A DNA stretch of 63,589 bases, filler included, from Octopus bimaculoides (GCF_001194135.2; 7 parts of 7 records of this genome joined end to end with filler, not necessarily neighbours in it); one strand, 5' to 3'; shown: positions 12,613-24,486, counted from the whole stretch's first letter. Notes: a model not told the origin generated them from the letters alone. A program made the numbers and translations.

Positions 12613-12950
12613 GTCCCACTGCGTGGCACCTTGGGCAAGTGTCTTCTACTATAGCCTCGGGCCGACCAAAGCCTTGTGAGTGGATTTGGTAGACGGAAAC
12701 TGAAAGAAGCCCGTCGTATATATGTATATATATGTGTGTGTGTGTGTCTGTGTTTGTCCCCCCAACATTGCTTGACAACCGATGCTGGTGTGTTTACGTC
12801 CCCGTAACTTAGCGGTTCGGCAAAAAGAAACCGATAGAATAAGTACTAGGCTTACAAAAGAATAAGTCCTGGGGTCGATTTGCTCGACTAAAGGTGGTGC
12901 TCCAGCATGGCCGCAGTCAAATGACTGAAACAAGTAAAAGAGTAAAAGAG
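12613..12950 (+). mobile_element. SINE family A, 5' truncated
   Basis: gtcccactgcgtggcaccttgggcaagtg...gactgaaacaagtaaaagagtaaaagag; near identical to the 7917-8372 copy. Confidence 0.92.
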
Positions 12951-13059
12951 TGTGTGTAGTTTCTTTCTTTTATTTTATGTATATTTGTTTTGCATTACAA
13001 CTCACCACGTGGCGATAATCAAAATTCCTCCCTTTGCGTTACTATGTGTGAGAGTGGGG

Positions 13060-14400
13060 GTGTCATTGATCAGTTTTATTTCAAGATTTCTTGTCAATAG
13101 AGAAAGAGCCGGTTTCTAACGTAGATTCAAGGCTCCCTCATCGGAATTCCAACATCAACAACAGGGTATTTTTATTTGTATGTATGTTATCAATCAGTTT
13201 CATTTCTGTATTTCTGGTCCATAGAGAAAGAGCCGGACTCTAACATAGATTCAAGGCTCCTTCATTGGAACTTTTATCAACATCATCTAGGTATTTGTGC
13301 ATATGTGTGTGTGTGCAGTATTTGGTGTTAGTGTATGCGCAGATTTGTATGTTTGTTTTATGGATGCGTTTTTATGTCTAGATGCATGCATATGTATTTA
13401 TGTGCTAAATTTTTGGAAAGTTTTTCATATCTTTACAGTTCCATTGATGGCTTGAATCTGTAGTCTTCTAATCAGCCTTTTTCTTTCAGGTTTTGAGAAC
13501 CCTAATTTTTCCAGGTTTTTGTTGAGGCAGTTTGTTACATATCCCAATGCCCCAACAATCACGGGTATGAATCTCAACTTGTAGTCTGGGTGGAGTATCT
13601 GCAAATTTCTCAGTAGCTCGGCGTAGTTGTTCTCTTTTTCTCTAAGTATGTATGTATGTATGTATGTATGTACATATGCATGTATGTGTGTATATGTGCA
13701 GATTTGTATGTTTTATGTATGTATTCTCATGTATATAGTTACATATCTAGACATGCTCATACATAATTAAATGATAAACTTCTGGAAAGTCTTACAGATT
13801 TTCACAGTTCCAGTGATGGATTGGATCTGTAGTCTTCGAATTAGCTTTCTCCTTTCTGCTTTTGAGAAGCCTAATTTCTCAAGATTGATATTTAAGGCAG
13901 TGTTACATATCCCAAGGCTCCAATAATTAGATGTGTAAACCTGAACTTGTAATCTGGATAGAGTTACTGCAGATTTCTCAATAGATCGGCGTAGATATTC
14001 TCTTTTTCACTGATCTTCAGCTTTATGTTAACATCCTCTGGCAGCTAATATCCACAACTGTACGCAGTTTCTCTTCTCTATCCCAAATCATTGCATTTGG
14101 TCTGTTGTGCTTGTATTTTATTGGGACACATTTTATTGGGACATTCCACCAGTATTCATTTTTATTATGAGTGGTTATGCCTTCTACCATATTGTGGGTT
14201 CTTATTTCGTTGTCCTTGGGGTTATCCTTCCGACGGATTTCATTATAGAGTGTCCTAGCTACAAAATCATGTCTCGTCGGCAGATATTACCGTGATGACA
14301 TCGTCGGACAACTGTTTATGATGTGGGAGACATCTTCAGTGTGAATTCCACAAAGTCTGCATCGGTTGTCACACTTTACTGCTTTTCCTGCATCTGTCTG
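13060..14400 (-). mobile_element. RLE-clade non-LTR retrotransposon 3' ends, two tandem truncated copies
   Basis: Minus strand reads the CCHC knuckle CRLCGIHTEDVSHIINSCP, then RHDFVARTLY, KHNRPNAMIWDREEK, EKENIYADLLRNLQ and IIGALGYV. The endonuclease end is repeated at about 13430-13645 and 13790-14010. Confidence 0.85.
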
Positions 14401-15258
14401 TATGTATGCATGTATGTATGTATGCATGCATGTATGCATGCATGTATATATGTACATATGTATGCATACAAATATGTGTTTATGTATATGAACATGTGTG
14501 TTTATGCGTGTGTAGGGATGTATAGAAATACGTGTGTGTATTTCTTGTGATGTTTCGTTTGTAGAGTTTTCTTAACAATAATTTATTTATTTATTTATTT
14601 ATTTACCTTGGTAATTACGTGTCTCGAATCGAGATGGATGCACACATACTCTGGATTCTAATGCGGAACTATAACAACCATTTGTCTTTTTCATTCTATA
14701 TCCCACGCTCTACGTCATGCGTTCGATATTATACTCGTCGTCTGTCAATTTTTTAATTTCGCATAAAATCGATATTTAGATTGTGTACTTCCTGTACTTT
14801 TTTCATGTAAGGGAGTCAACAAAGTGAAAGAATAAAATGTAAATATTAAAATAAAGATAAACATACTTTTTTGAGTGCTACATTTTACAATTAAATCTAA
14901 ATACAATATTTCACGTTTTCCTCTGCGACAATGATTATATTAATATACAGAGAATAGTCTTGTCTCCTTTTAATCTTCTACTTGGTTCAGTCATTTGACT
15001 TCGGTCATGCTGGATCAGCACCATTAAGAGTTTAGGCAGTCAAATCGGTCACAATTTTTTTTTTTTTTTTCAAAAACGCTATAAGTTCTGCATAGTGAAA
15101 TTAATAGTATGATATTAGAACTCATCAGAATAAATCGTAAGGTGGGTCCAGAGCGTAATATGAAATTAAATAGATGACAATGGAACAAGAAACTACGTAA
15201 GAAACTTCATTAGTTTCACACACACGCACGCACACACACGCACACACACACACGCACA

Positions 15259-15290
<32 letters not shown>

Positions 15291-15417
15291 TACACACATA
15301 TATATATATAGATATATATATATATATATACGTATAGATATATAGATATATGTATTTATATATATATATATACACACACATATACATATATGTACACACT
15401 CACACACACAGATACGC

Positions 15418-15483
<66 letters not shown>

Positions 15484-15547
15484 CCACGCTAATCAACATC
15501 TATGAAATCTATGAAGATACTGCACGGTTCTGTAATTCGTATCATAG

Positions 15548-15608
15548 ATATCTGCGACGGTCGGTATAACACATCGCTGTAACCAGCGGCAGCACTGTGT
15601 ATCATATG
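15548..15608 (+). CDS. Candidate small exon (ISATVGITHRCNQRQHCVSY), product unknown
   Basis: Acceptor ttcgtatcatag| and strong donor |gtgagt; only the phase 0 frame is open. Confidence 0.3.
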
Positions 15609-16269
15609 GTGAGTTTAATTCATTTTTTTTTTGGGGGGGGGGGGGCAATATAAAAAAGGACAGGATCGACCAACCGTCAAAACTAACGCTGAAGGATAAT
15701 ATTAGTTTCTGAGTTAATATTTCGGAAACAGGGGACACACACGAGCTCCACAGATTTTTGTTACAACGTATCTACCAGTTCCCTGCGTTTTTGTTACTAA
15801 AATGTTTAATCGTCGCTAAAAGAATAGTAGAAAAGAAAAAGACAGACACTATTATTTCTGTTCGAAACCATTAATGGAATGGCAAAGTTCTATAAAACGT
15901 TGCATATTTTGTTTGTATCCCATACGGATTTTTTACAAACAGTTCAGGAATAGAAATTGGATGACAGAAAACAGATCTTATCTACATAAACAAATAGTGA
16001 AATTGTGTAAAGATTTAGGGATTCTCTAACAAAAGACCAGAAAACATACTTCTTAAAGATTCATTTAGCAACAAGAGTAATCTCTAAAACGTTCAAAATA
16101 TACTTCATTTCAAAATATTTTAGAGAGTCTTTACAGAATAAATGCAGAAAAACAAAAAGAAATTAAAATCTATTCACTTTTTACTGCTTTATTTAACCCT
16201 TCGTTAGTTACATGGCGTATGTTGTCAGCCCAATTTTTTAGAAATACTCGTAATTTCTAGTAGGCGACT

Positions 16270-16277
16270 TATTATTA

Positions 16278-16335
<58 letters not shown>

Positions 16336-16348
16336 TACTATTATTATG
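16270..16348. repeat. (ATT)n/(TAA)n microsatellite abutting the Dong-like element 3' end
   Basis: Direct inspection. Confidence 0.95.
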
Positions 16349-16814
16349 CACTGGTTTATTTTTATAACGTGCTTTCACTTCACTACCGAGCGCAGCTGGG
16401 TGTGCCTTGGGTATGTGCTGTGGTTCGCTGTGATGCTCTTATGGTTACTGTATTGAAATTGTTTTGCGTAAGATGTGTGTAGTGCCCAGTAGTGCAATTT
16501 TCTGTATGTTATATATATTTGTAAGTCCTGGTGTTTTTGTTATGTATTTGTCTGAATAATTTTTTTATTATACCTAAGGCACCTACTATGATAGGAATTG
16601 TTTCTGCTTTTAGATTCCACATTCGAGTTACCTCTATTTCCAGGTCTTTGTATTTTGAAAGTTTTTCCATTTCTTTTAGGGAAACGTTGTCATCTGCTGG
16701 TATTGATACATCAATTAGAAAGCATTTTTTTCTTCATGATCTTTGACAACTATGTCTGGTCTATTGGCCTTAATTTCTCTATCTGTGTGTATTGGCATAT
16801 CCCAGAGTATGGTT
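16349..16814 (-). mobile_element. R4/Dong-like RLE retrotransposon, endonuclease domain and 3' UTR
   Basis: ILWDMPIHTDREIKANRPDIVVKDHEEK-CFLIDVSIPADDNVSLKEMEKLSKYKDLEIEVTRMWNLKAETIPIIVGALG (PD..D RLE motif), then a 3' UTR joined to (TAA)n; 5' side lost in a gap. Confidence 0.9.
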
Positions 16815-17073
16815 NNNNNNNNNNNNNNNNNNNNNNNNNNNNNNNNNNNNNNNNNNNNTTAATTAATTAANNNNNNNNNNNNNNNNNNNNNNNNNNNNNN
16901 NNNNNNNNNNNNNNGACACACGACTGTGTCGATAAGCCAGCTGGAGGAGATGTCCTCCTGGGGCTAAAAGCAACAGTAACATCCACCCCTAGGGGTCAAC
17001 CACACTTAAGTGGCAATATACTACACTTTATCGTGCAGTTACTGTTAATACTTCATTTAGAGAATTAACATTG

Positions 17074-17111
<38 letters not shown>

Positions 17112-17237
17112 CATACACACACACACACACACATACACACACATATTGCTTAAACCAGTCCGAATCGGCGTTAGTCAGATCAATGATAAAAGGAATTGCA
17201 ACTGTTATGATGACGTCATTATATACTGACGTACATT

Positions 17238-17329
17238 CGGACATATGGCGCAGTGGTTAGGAACGCGGGCTACTAACCCCAAGAGAGCGAGTTCGATTCC
17301 AAAGAGTGACCTAAACAATAAAAAATATG

Positions 17330-17390
<61 letters not shown>

Positions 17391-17545
17391 CATCGAAAAA
17401 TACCTCAGGAATGAGAATCCAGGTTCGAAATTTCCCGAAGACACCTGATGAAGGCTGGAAGGTATATCAGCCGAAACGTTGTGTTAATAACTGTCAATAT
17501 TCGTCAAATGTAGATAAGGTAAATAATGTAAATACTATACATAAC
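17238..17545 (+). mobile_element. SINE family D: tRNA-derived head, (AAT)n, and Penelope-type tail with hammerhead motif
   Basis: A-box tggcgcagtgg at 17246-17256, B-box gagttcgattcc at 17289-17300, (AAT)n at about 17328-17387. The tail is shared with 35636-35910 and 35913-36110. Confidence 0.85.
17440..17485 (+). ncRNA. Minimal type I hammerhead ribozyme motif
   Basis: GACAC-CTGATGA-A-GGCTG(gaaggtatat)CAGCC-GAAA-CG-TT-GTGTT: intact CUGAUGA and GAAA core, 5-bp stem II, stem I GACAC/GUGUU, palindromic AACGTT in place of stem III. Confidence 0.75.
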
Positions 17546-17644
17546 TTGTTCGTCAGTAATCTGAATGTAAAATGAAGATGAAACAGTTGTAGTGTTATGT
17601 AATAGTGTTTGTTCAATCAATTCTCTTCTATCTTTTATCTTTTA

Positions 17645-18015
17645 TCATTCATCTGTTTCTGAAGACTGCAGCCATGATGGGGTGCCTCCTTCAAGAATTT
17701 TTAACCGAATTGTTCGACTCTGGCGTTCATTTTTTTTCTTTTTTTTAAGCCTGGAACTTATTCTGTAGGTACAGTCTTTTGCCGATCAGATAAGTTACGT
17801 AGACGTAAACACACCAACACAAATTGTCTAGTGGTGGTTCGGAAGAAACGCAGACATAAACACACACACACACACACACGCATGATGGGTTTCCTTTCAG
17901 TTTCCATAGATCAAATTCACGTACAAGGCTTTGATCAACCTAAGGCTGGAGTAGAAGTCATCGACACAAGGTGTCACGCAGTGGGACTGAACTGGAATCA
18001 TGTAGTCGGGAGACT
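17645..18015 (-). mobile_element. SINE family A, diverged
   Basis: gactgcagccatg...gacgtaaacacacc...ggtgtcacgcagtgggactgaac. Confidence 0.8.
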
Positions 18016-18119
18016 TTTATACATAAATACTTACATATGTATGAATACGCACACATTCTTCCATATATGTACTAACACACACACATACACACACATAAAC
18101 ACGTATACACTTTACTCAG

Positions 18120-18158
18120 ATTATCCAAACATACCACCTTTATTTGTTGGATTTTCGG
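18120..18158 (+). CDS. Candidate 39-nt exon (YPNIPPLFVGFS), followed by a 96-nt intron-like segment
   Basis: Acceptor tttactcag| and donor |gtgaga. The next acceptor ttatttttatttacag| ends at 18254, with ctgac upstream. Phase is compatible with 15548-15608. Confidence 0.3.
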
Positions 18159-18739
18159 GTGAGATTTCAATGGCTTTGCCTACTATTTCTAGCAGCTCAA
18201 CATATTGCGGAGTATCTGACTGGGCAATTTAGCCCAGATTATTTTTATTTACAGTGATGAGTACTTTTGAAATTTGGTATCTACCAACAGCCAAACGAAC
18301 TAAGCTTTTAAATTCCACATGTTTCTTACATGTTTCACCGCACTATCCTGGGTGACAAGACGCGTACCTTCAAACTCACAGTTAAATATACACCATTCTC
18401 TCTATCAACTCTCAGTTCATACAGATCTTGTTCATAGAAACCGCAATATATATATATTTTTCTAAATCAACTCATAAATGAGAAGGAAACAAAATTTAAT
18501 CAATTTATGATATTTAAATCTTATTTTAGAAAATTTCTAATTTATTTTTATTATACATTTTCTTTTACATTCACTCGATTTATTTTGCCAATTACCCAGA
18601 AAACAACATTTAATTTCAACATATCATCTCCAGGCCATTGTATTTATCAAACACTTTGCTAATAATACCTTCATACTAGAGAAAGAAAGTAAACAAGCAA
18701 TGAAAGAATGATTTAGTAACCCCTCTCTCCACAAAATTA

Positions 18740-18813
18740 CACAACTAACAACAACAACATCATAAACAACAACTGAAAGAACAACAAAAACAACAACAAC
18801 AACAACAACAATA

Positions 18814-18866
<53 letters not shown>

Positions 18867-19073
18867 CACTACTACTGCTGCTGCTACTCNNNNNNNNNNN
18901 NNNNNNNNNNNNNNNNNNNNNNNNNNNNNNNNNNNNNNNNNNNNNNNNNNNNNNNNNNNNNNNNNNNNNNNNNNNNNNNNNNNNNNNNNNNNNNNNNNNN
19001 NNNNNNNNNNNNNNNNNNNNNNNNNNCAACAACTGAAAGAACAACAAAAACAACAACAACAACAACAACAATA

Positions 19074-19131
<58 letters not shown>

Positions 19132-19350
19132 ACAATAACAACAGCAACGACAACAAAAACGTTAGCCCATAACAAAACTATCACCACTATCTCATTTGTC
19201 ATTACCACCAGCAGTACTTTTAAAATCACGTATCATTACCACCCACACTCTCTCATTGATATCACTACTAACACCAGCACTATCAATACAACAACCGCAA
19301 TCAATACCACAATTGCATCATGAACAATGACAAGAAGAACAACAACAGTA

Positions 19351-19403
<53 letters not shown>

Positions 19404-19568
19404 CACTACTACTGCTGCTGCTACTCCTACTACTATCACCACTACCACCATTAGTTCTGCTGCTTCTGCTCCGAACATCTCGACGAGAAACCACTACGCC
19501 TCTTTCACAACCTGTCAGCACAATCTTCTCTATCACCACCGACACCAACACCTCCATCAGCAGCCCCT

Positions 19569-19632
<64 letters not shown>

Positions 19633-20142
19633 GCTGCTGCTGCTGCTGCTAATATAACCGAGGAGGACGACGTCACTGCCGTTGGCGTCAGTAACACCAC
19701 AACTACCGTCAACGCNNNNNNNNNNNNNNNNNNNNNNNNNNNNNNNNNNNNNNNNNNNNNNNNNNNNNNNNNNNNNNNNNNNNNNNNNNNNNNNNNNNNN
19801 NNNNNNNNNNNNNNNNNNNNNNNNNNNNNNNNNNNNNNNNNNNNNNNNNNNNNNNNNNNNNNNNCCACCACCACCACCACCATCTCCACTGTTATTAGGT
19901 CCAACCTTGTCTTTGTTACTGCAGTGGTCAGTGCCATTGCTATCAGCACAGTCCACCGTCACCTCTCTAACTGGGTAGCATTAAAAATGTCCAGCCTGCT
20001 CTGGTATCCACCAACTACAGCAGCAGCAGCAGGCCACGACAACAACTATCACCATCATCACCACCACCACCACCACCATCGCAATCACCATCGCCATTAC
20101 AATCGCCATCGCCATCGCCATCGTGGTCCATACTAACACCAT

Positions 20143-20201
<59 letters not shown>

Positions 20202-20450
20202 TTACTGCTGCTGCTACTTCTGCTGCTGCTGCTACTTCTGCTGTTGTTGCTGATACTACTAAAAGCATTGCCACTGTTATCATTATAGCCATCATCATCA
20301 TCATTGAGTAATAATCAATAACCAGAATAAGAAAACAAAACAAAAAAACTGCATCACCGACACAACAACAACAACAACAGCAACAACAACAAGTACAACC
20401 ACAACAACAAGAAGAGCAACAACAAAAACAACTATATCTGAAACAACAAA
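18740..20450. repeat. Compound trinucleotide low-complexity region (CAA, CTA, CAC, CTG, CAT)
   Basis: Direct inspection; interrupted by two gaps. Confidence 0.95.
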
Positions 20451-21478
20451 AGAAGAGTGAAAATTCGTTATTCGTAGCTATGAAAATCTTTTCGCCTTAA
20501 GAGACAAGCGACAATTTTAAGAAAATTTGGCGTTCTAACTATCTCAATTCTCGAGTCCTTTTGAAAACCAATTTGAGTTAATAAGACTGTACTCCCGAGA
20601 CAATTAAAAATGCTGAAAGGCTGGCTTTGAGATATATTTTGCTAGTTCTCTATTTGTGTTGATAACAGTCAAAATTGTATTGCAGCTTTAAGTGGAATGC
20701 TAAAATAACGTAAGAAAAAAACAAACAGAAAATCGCCATCTTGTCGAGCTAAGCTGCCTTGAGACACATGCATATTTCCTTAGCGTTCTTCTTTATTCCT
20801 TCCAGCGAAATTAAGATTCTATTTTCTACTGTTTATTTCATTGTTTCTTTTCCTTCTTTTCTCGTTTGGATATCTTTCCTTCTCTTCCATTTTCTTATGT
20901 GAAGGCAAAAATGAAAGAAAGAAAACAGAGCAATAAAAAGCAGCGAATATCCACCCTTAACTACTCAGACGCATGAAAATCTTCATAGATATACAGATAT
21001 GGCAAACGCAAAGATATACACTCGAAGCACACACAAATAGGACCTCTCTCTCACACACACACGCACGCACATACACAGTCTTATATAAACATTTGTTCAG
21101 AAAATATACATGGACTCGCATTTAACTTAATTTCTTCCAGTTTTGTCTCTTTTTATTTCCTCNNNNNNNNNNTCTTATGTTATTCTTCAAACCCTAACTT
21201 TGAGGAATAATTTCATTTTTTTTTCTCTTCTCGCTTCCAAATGTATTTGATACGGAAATTTTCTCAACTATCAATCGGCACTTTCCGACAAATACCATCA
21301 AACACATACAAATAACATTTAAATATACCAGATACAAATACACGCGCACGCAACGTACATATACACCCAAACACACATACGCACAAATATGTATATGCAT
21401 ATATATTTTGTATAAATATATGTATATATATGTATATATATACACATACACACATACACACACACACACACACACACG

Positions 21479-21510
<32 letters not shown>

Positions 21511-21690
21511 CACACACACATATACATACACACACACACATATATATATACATACCTAGATACATACACACACACAAATATATACATGTATATACATACA
21601 TATATATACACACACACACACACATATATGCATACATACATAGATACATGCACACACAAATACACGCGCGCGCGCACACACACACACATA

Positions 21691-22400
21691 CAGGGTGGAG
21701 AAGAGAGAACGGACGTTTTTGAAATGGCTATTACTCAGTCCCACGGAGAGGAAGATATGTCCGACAGGTACCACTCGGTCCGTGATGTCTTAGCATTTTT
21801 ATTTCTTTTCGGGTGTAGCCATGGTGCTGTGGACGATAGAGCATCGCGTGTTTGCCTACGACAGTTACGTGAAGAATAACGAGTCTGTCAGCAGTACAGT
21901 GTGTTTCGGCGCCACTGCAACATTCACCGAAATCGGGCTGTTCCCACCCGTAACGCAATCTTACGTTGGGTGAATGCACTTCGTATACGAAGTACATTAA
22001 TGAATAGGAGACCGATGTGGGTGACACGAACGATACGGATCCCGGAAAATAGGAGACGTGTCAGACAAGCTTTGGCACGGAGTCCGAGTTGCTCTGCTCA
22101 GAGGCATTCCACTGAACTTGGCATCGGTAATCGGTTGGTAAGTCCTGCATTTCCATCCGTACAAATTGGTCATTGGACAGCAGTTGAAACCATAGGACTG
22201 GCCACAGCGGCTTAAATTCGCATGTCAGATGTAAACAAGTTTTGAGGCAAATAACAACCTCATTTTGTTAATGAGTGATGAAGCTTATTTTCATCTCAAT
22301 AGTATGGTGAATCAACAGAACTTTCGTTAATGGGCTCTTGGAAATCCGCATGAAAGACCACTGCACAGTCCCAAAGTGACGTTCTGGTGTGCTGCTGGAT
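21691..22400 (+). mobile_element. Tc1/mariner-superfamily transposon relic (5' TIR plus degenerate transposase)
   Basis: TA|cagggtgg terminus; PENRRRVRQALARSP..SAQRHSTELGI, then MSDEAYFHLNSMVNQQNFR*WAL..PHERPLHSPKVTFWCA. Confidence 0.85.
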
Positions 22401-23079
22401 AGATATGGATGTCTGTGTGAATATCTATATATGCGTGTTTAAAAGTGTATGTGCCAATATCTACCTTCTGGTCTCTCTCTCTCTCTATATATATATACAT
22501 TGATGTGCACGCATATGTACCGAATGAAGATTGCGATGGCGTGTAGCACGAGTCGTGAAACACCTTAACTTTCACCTTCACTGAAAAAATAAAATAAAAA
22601 CTGCGAGTGTTTTGAGTCTCATAATGGCAAAACCCATATTTCAACTTTACAAGATGATGATTACTTGCCCGTCCAGCGTTTCAGTCCGACTTATTCGCGT
22701 TTGAATTGTACCTCATCATTATGAGACACTATGTTATGCATATGTCTGTATACATGTATATATATTTGTATGCATATATCTATATCTTTATTTACATAGA
22801 CCTTCTGAAAACGATGCTTAAAATGAATACACGGCGAGGATTGTGCTGTACAATTAATTAAGAAAAAAAAAAACAAAAAAAACAAACACTTGTATAATAT
22901 TTAACAAAGTATTTTAAATGCTTCCACCAGGTTGATAGTTTCGTATATTTGTATATAAAATAAGGTGAGACAGATCGTACTTGTCCGCTGTACTGCAACG
23001 CTTTGTTAGTTATGAAAATTCTTATCCTATTGTCTTAAACGGTTGAGCAAACTGTTTGAAAGTAGCACACCTATGCTAC

Positions 23080-23295
23080 CTTATCATCGCTTTCGGAAAA
23101 CGAGAGCACTGAGTCGATGTGGCTTCTCTTCCTACTGCAACAGTCATAAGTTTCTCAAATATAACCACTTCATTTTTTCTCTTTTGTAAGGGAAGGACTT
23201 GGTGTATAACGTTGTTGCAAATGTTCAAATAGGAGTGACAGTCACGTCTGCAACGCCTTTGATAACAGCTCTGTTTCGTTGATGAAAACCAGTGA
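23080..23295 (-). CDS. Candidate 216-nt symmetric exon on the minus strand, product unknown
   Basis: Acceptor ctttctttgttgttttag| and donor |gtagca. One frame is open throughout (HWFSSTKQ...PKAMIR); no recognisable homology. Confidence 0.25.
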
Positions 23296-24486
23296 CTAAA
23301 ACAACAAAGAAAGCAAGGAGCCAACAAAAGGATTTCTACTTTGTGAATAGGACTGTTACAAGTAACTGTCTTAAAAGAGGGAAATATACGTTAGATAACC
23401 TAGTTCTAAACACATTGCGTGACTACAGAGAAATGACGGGATTTTTAGGCTGAAATGCCATTGATCTCATGTCTAGTGGATCAGAATTGACCTGGGGCAC
23501 AAGGAAATCACTGAATAATTAATGAATGTTCAATAGCCAGTAGCGCTAACTTTGGGTGTGTAGAAGAATATGTGAAGCCTTTCTCTGTATAATCTATGAC
23601 ACTTAGTAAGAAAGACTTAAAGCTCTAGAAGAAAAGCAAACAAATTATCTTTCAGATCACACCCTATCGTCATTGAAGAGAGCATTGAATAATGTCGTCC
23701 ATGATAAAAAAAAAAAGCAAAAAAAGCATACAAAAACTGTTATGGAATGGTGACGTTTGAAATCTCTTTCATCGTATAACTGTTTATTCATGGCTCACAA
23801 AAACAACATCAATAACACCAACACCCTCAGACAAGAAATGCTAATCATGATGTCTGCCATGAAAGATAACAGATTTATTCAAACTAGTGTTGTTCCTGTT
23901 ATTATTGTTTTTAGTGCCCTTATTGTTTATCTCCGAGTCAGCCCTAGCTGGATTGACCTGGGAACAAACAATAAGAACGAACACTGAATTACGGTTGTCT
24001 GTCTGCAGTCATTCAGTAATTTTTCTATATCTAACGACTACATATTCTAATATTTCTCTTCCTTTTTTAAGACGATGCTGTCTCAATCTGAGGAAATTTT
24101 GTTGCTATTTCTAGTAATTTGAACTGCTTGTTCGTTCATTCCGACTACAAATGCAACGTAGTGTACCATCAATCCATCTAAAAATAAGTTTATCATCTAC
24201 CTAGTGAGAAATGATTTACAAGGAAATAAAATGCTTTTCATAATGACAAAGGCAATGATTCTGCAGTATCTGCAAAATATTTAATGGGTTTCGGCGAAAA
24301 TATCCAACGAAGGAAGCAACATTTTGACAACGATGGGCAAACAAAATCATTCAGAAAGTAAGACTACACCAGAAAACACTTCAGAAGCAGAATTTCTAAT
24401 TACAAGCTCTCTTTCAGAGTTCACTGTAAAAACCGGAACCTGAGGTGAACTACCCAATGTCCTCGGATTAATATTATCTCTACCAT

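Noticed and set aside
7917-12950. Outward-facing SINE A copies symmetrically flanking the Penelope palindrome
   Set aside because: Distances and truncation points differ on the two sides and family A is very abundant, so independent insertions suffice.
13095-13150. Hammerhead call for minus-strand ccgatga...gaaaccggctc
   Set aside because: The core is not CUGANGA, there is no stem II between the boxes, and the second copy lacks GAAA.
16859-16870. TTAATTAATTAA inside N runs, also at 28179, 46304, 55532, 59547 and 62491
   Set aside because: It sits mid-gap each time (44 N + 12 + 44 N = 100 bp where counted) and has stops in all six frames, so it is an assembly spacer for unsized gaps rather than biology.
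17238-17315. tRNA gene call for SINE heads (also 35830-35908 and the family A and C heads)
   Set aside because: A and B boxes are present but there is no complete acceptor stem, and each is fused to a repeat body.
18766-19130. Exact-looking duplication across the gap at 18890-19026
   Set aside because: Probably overlapping contig ends that were not merged.
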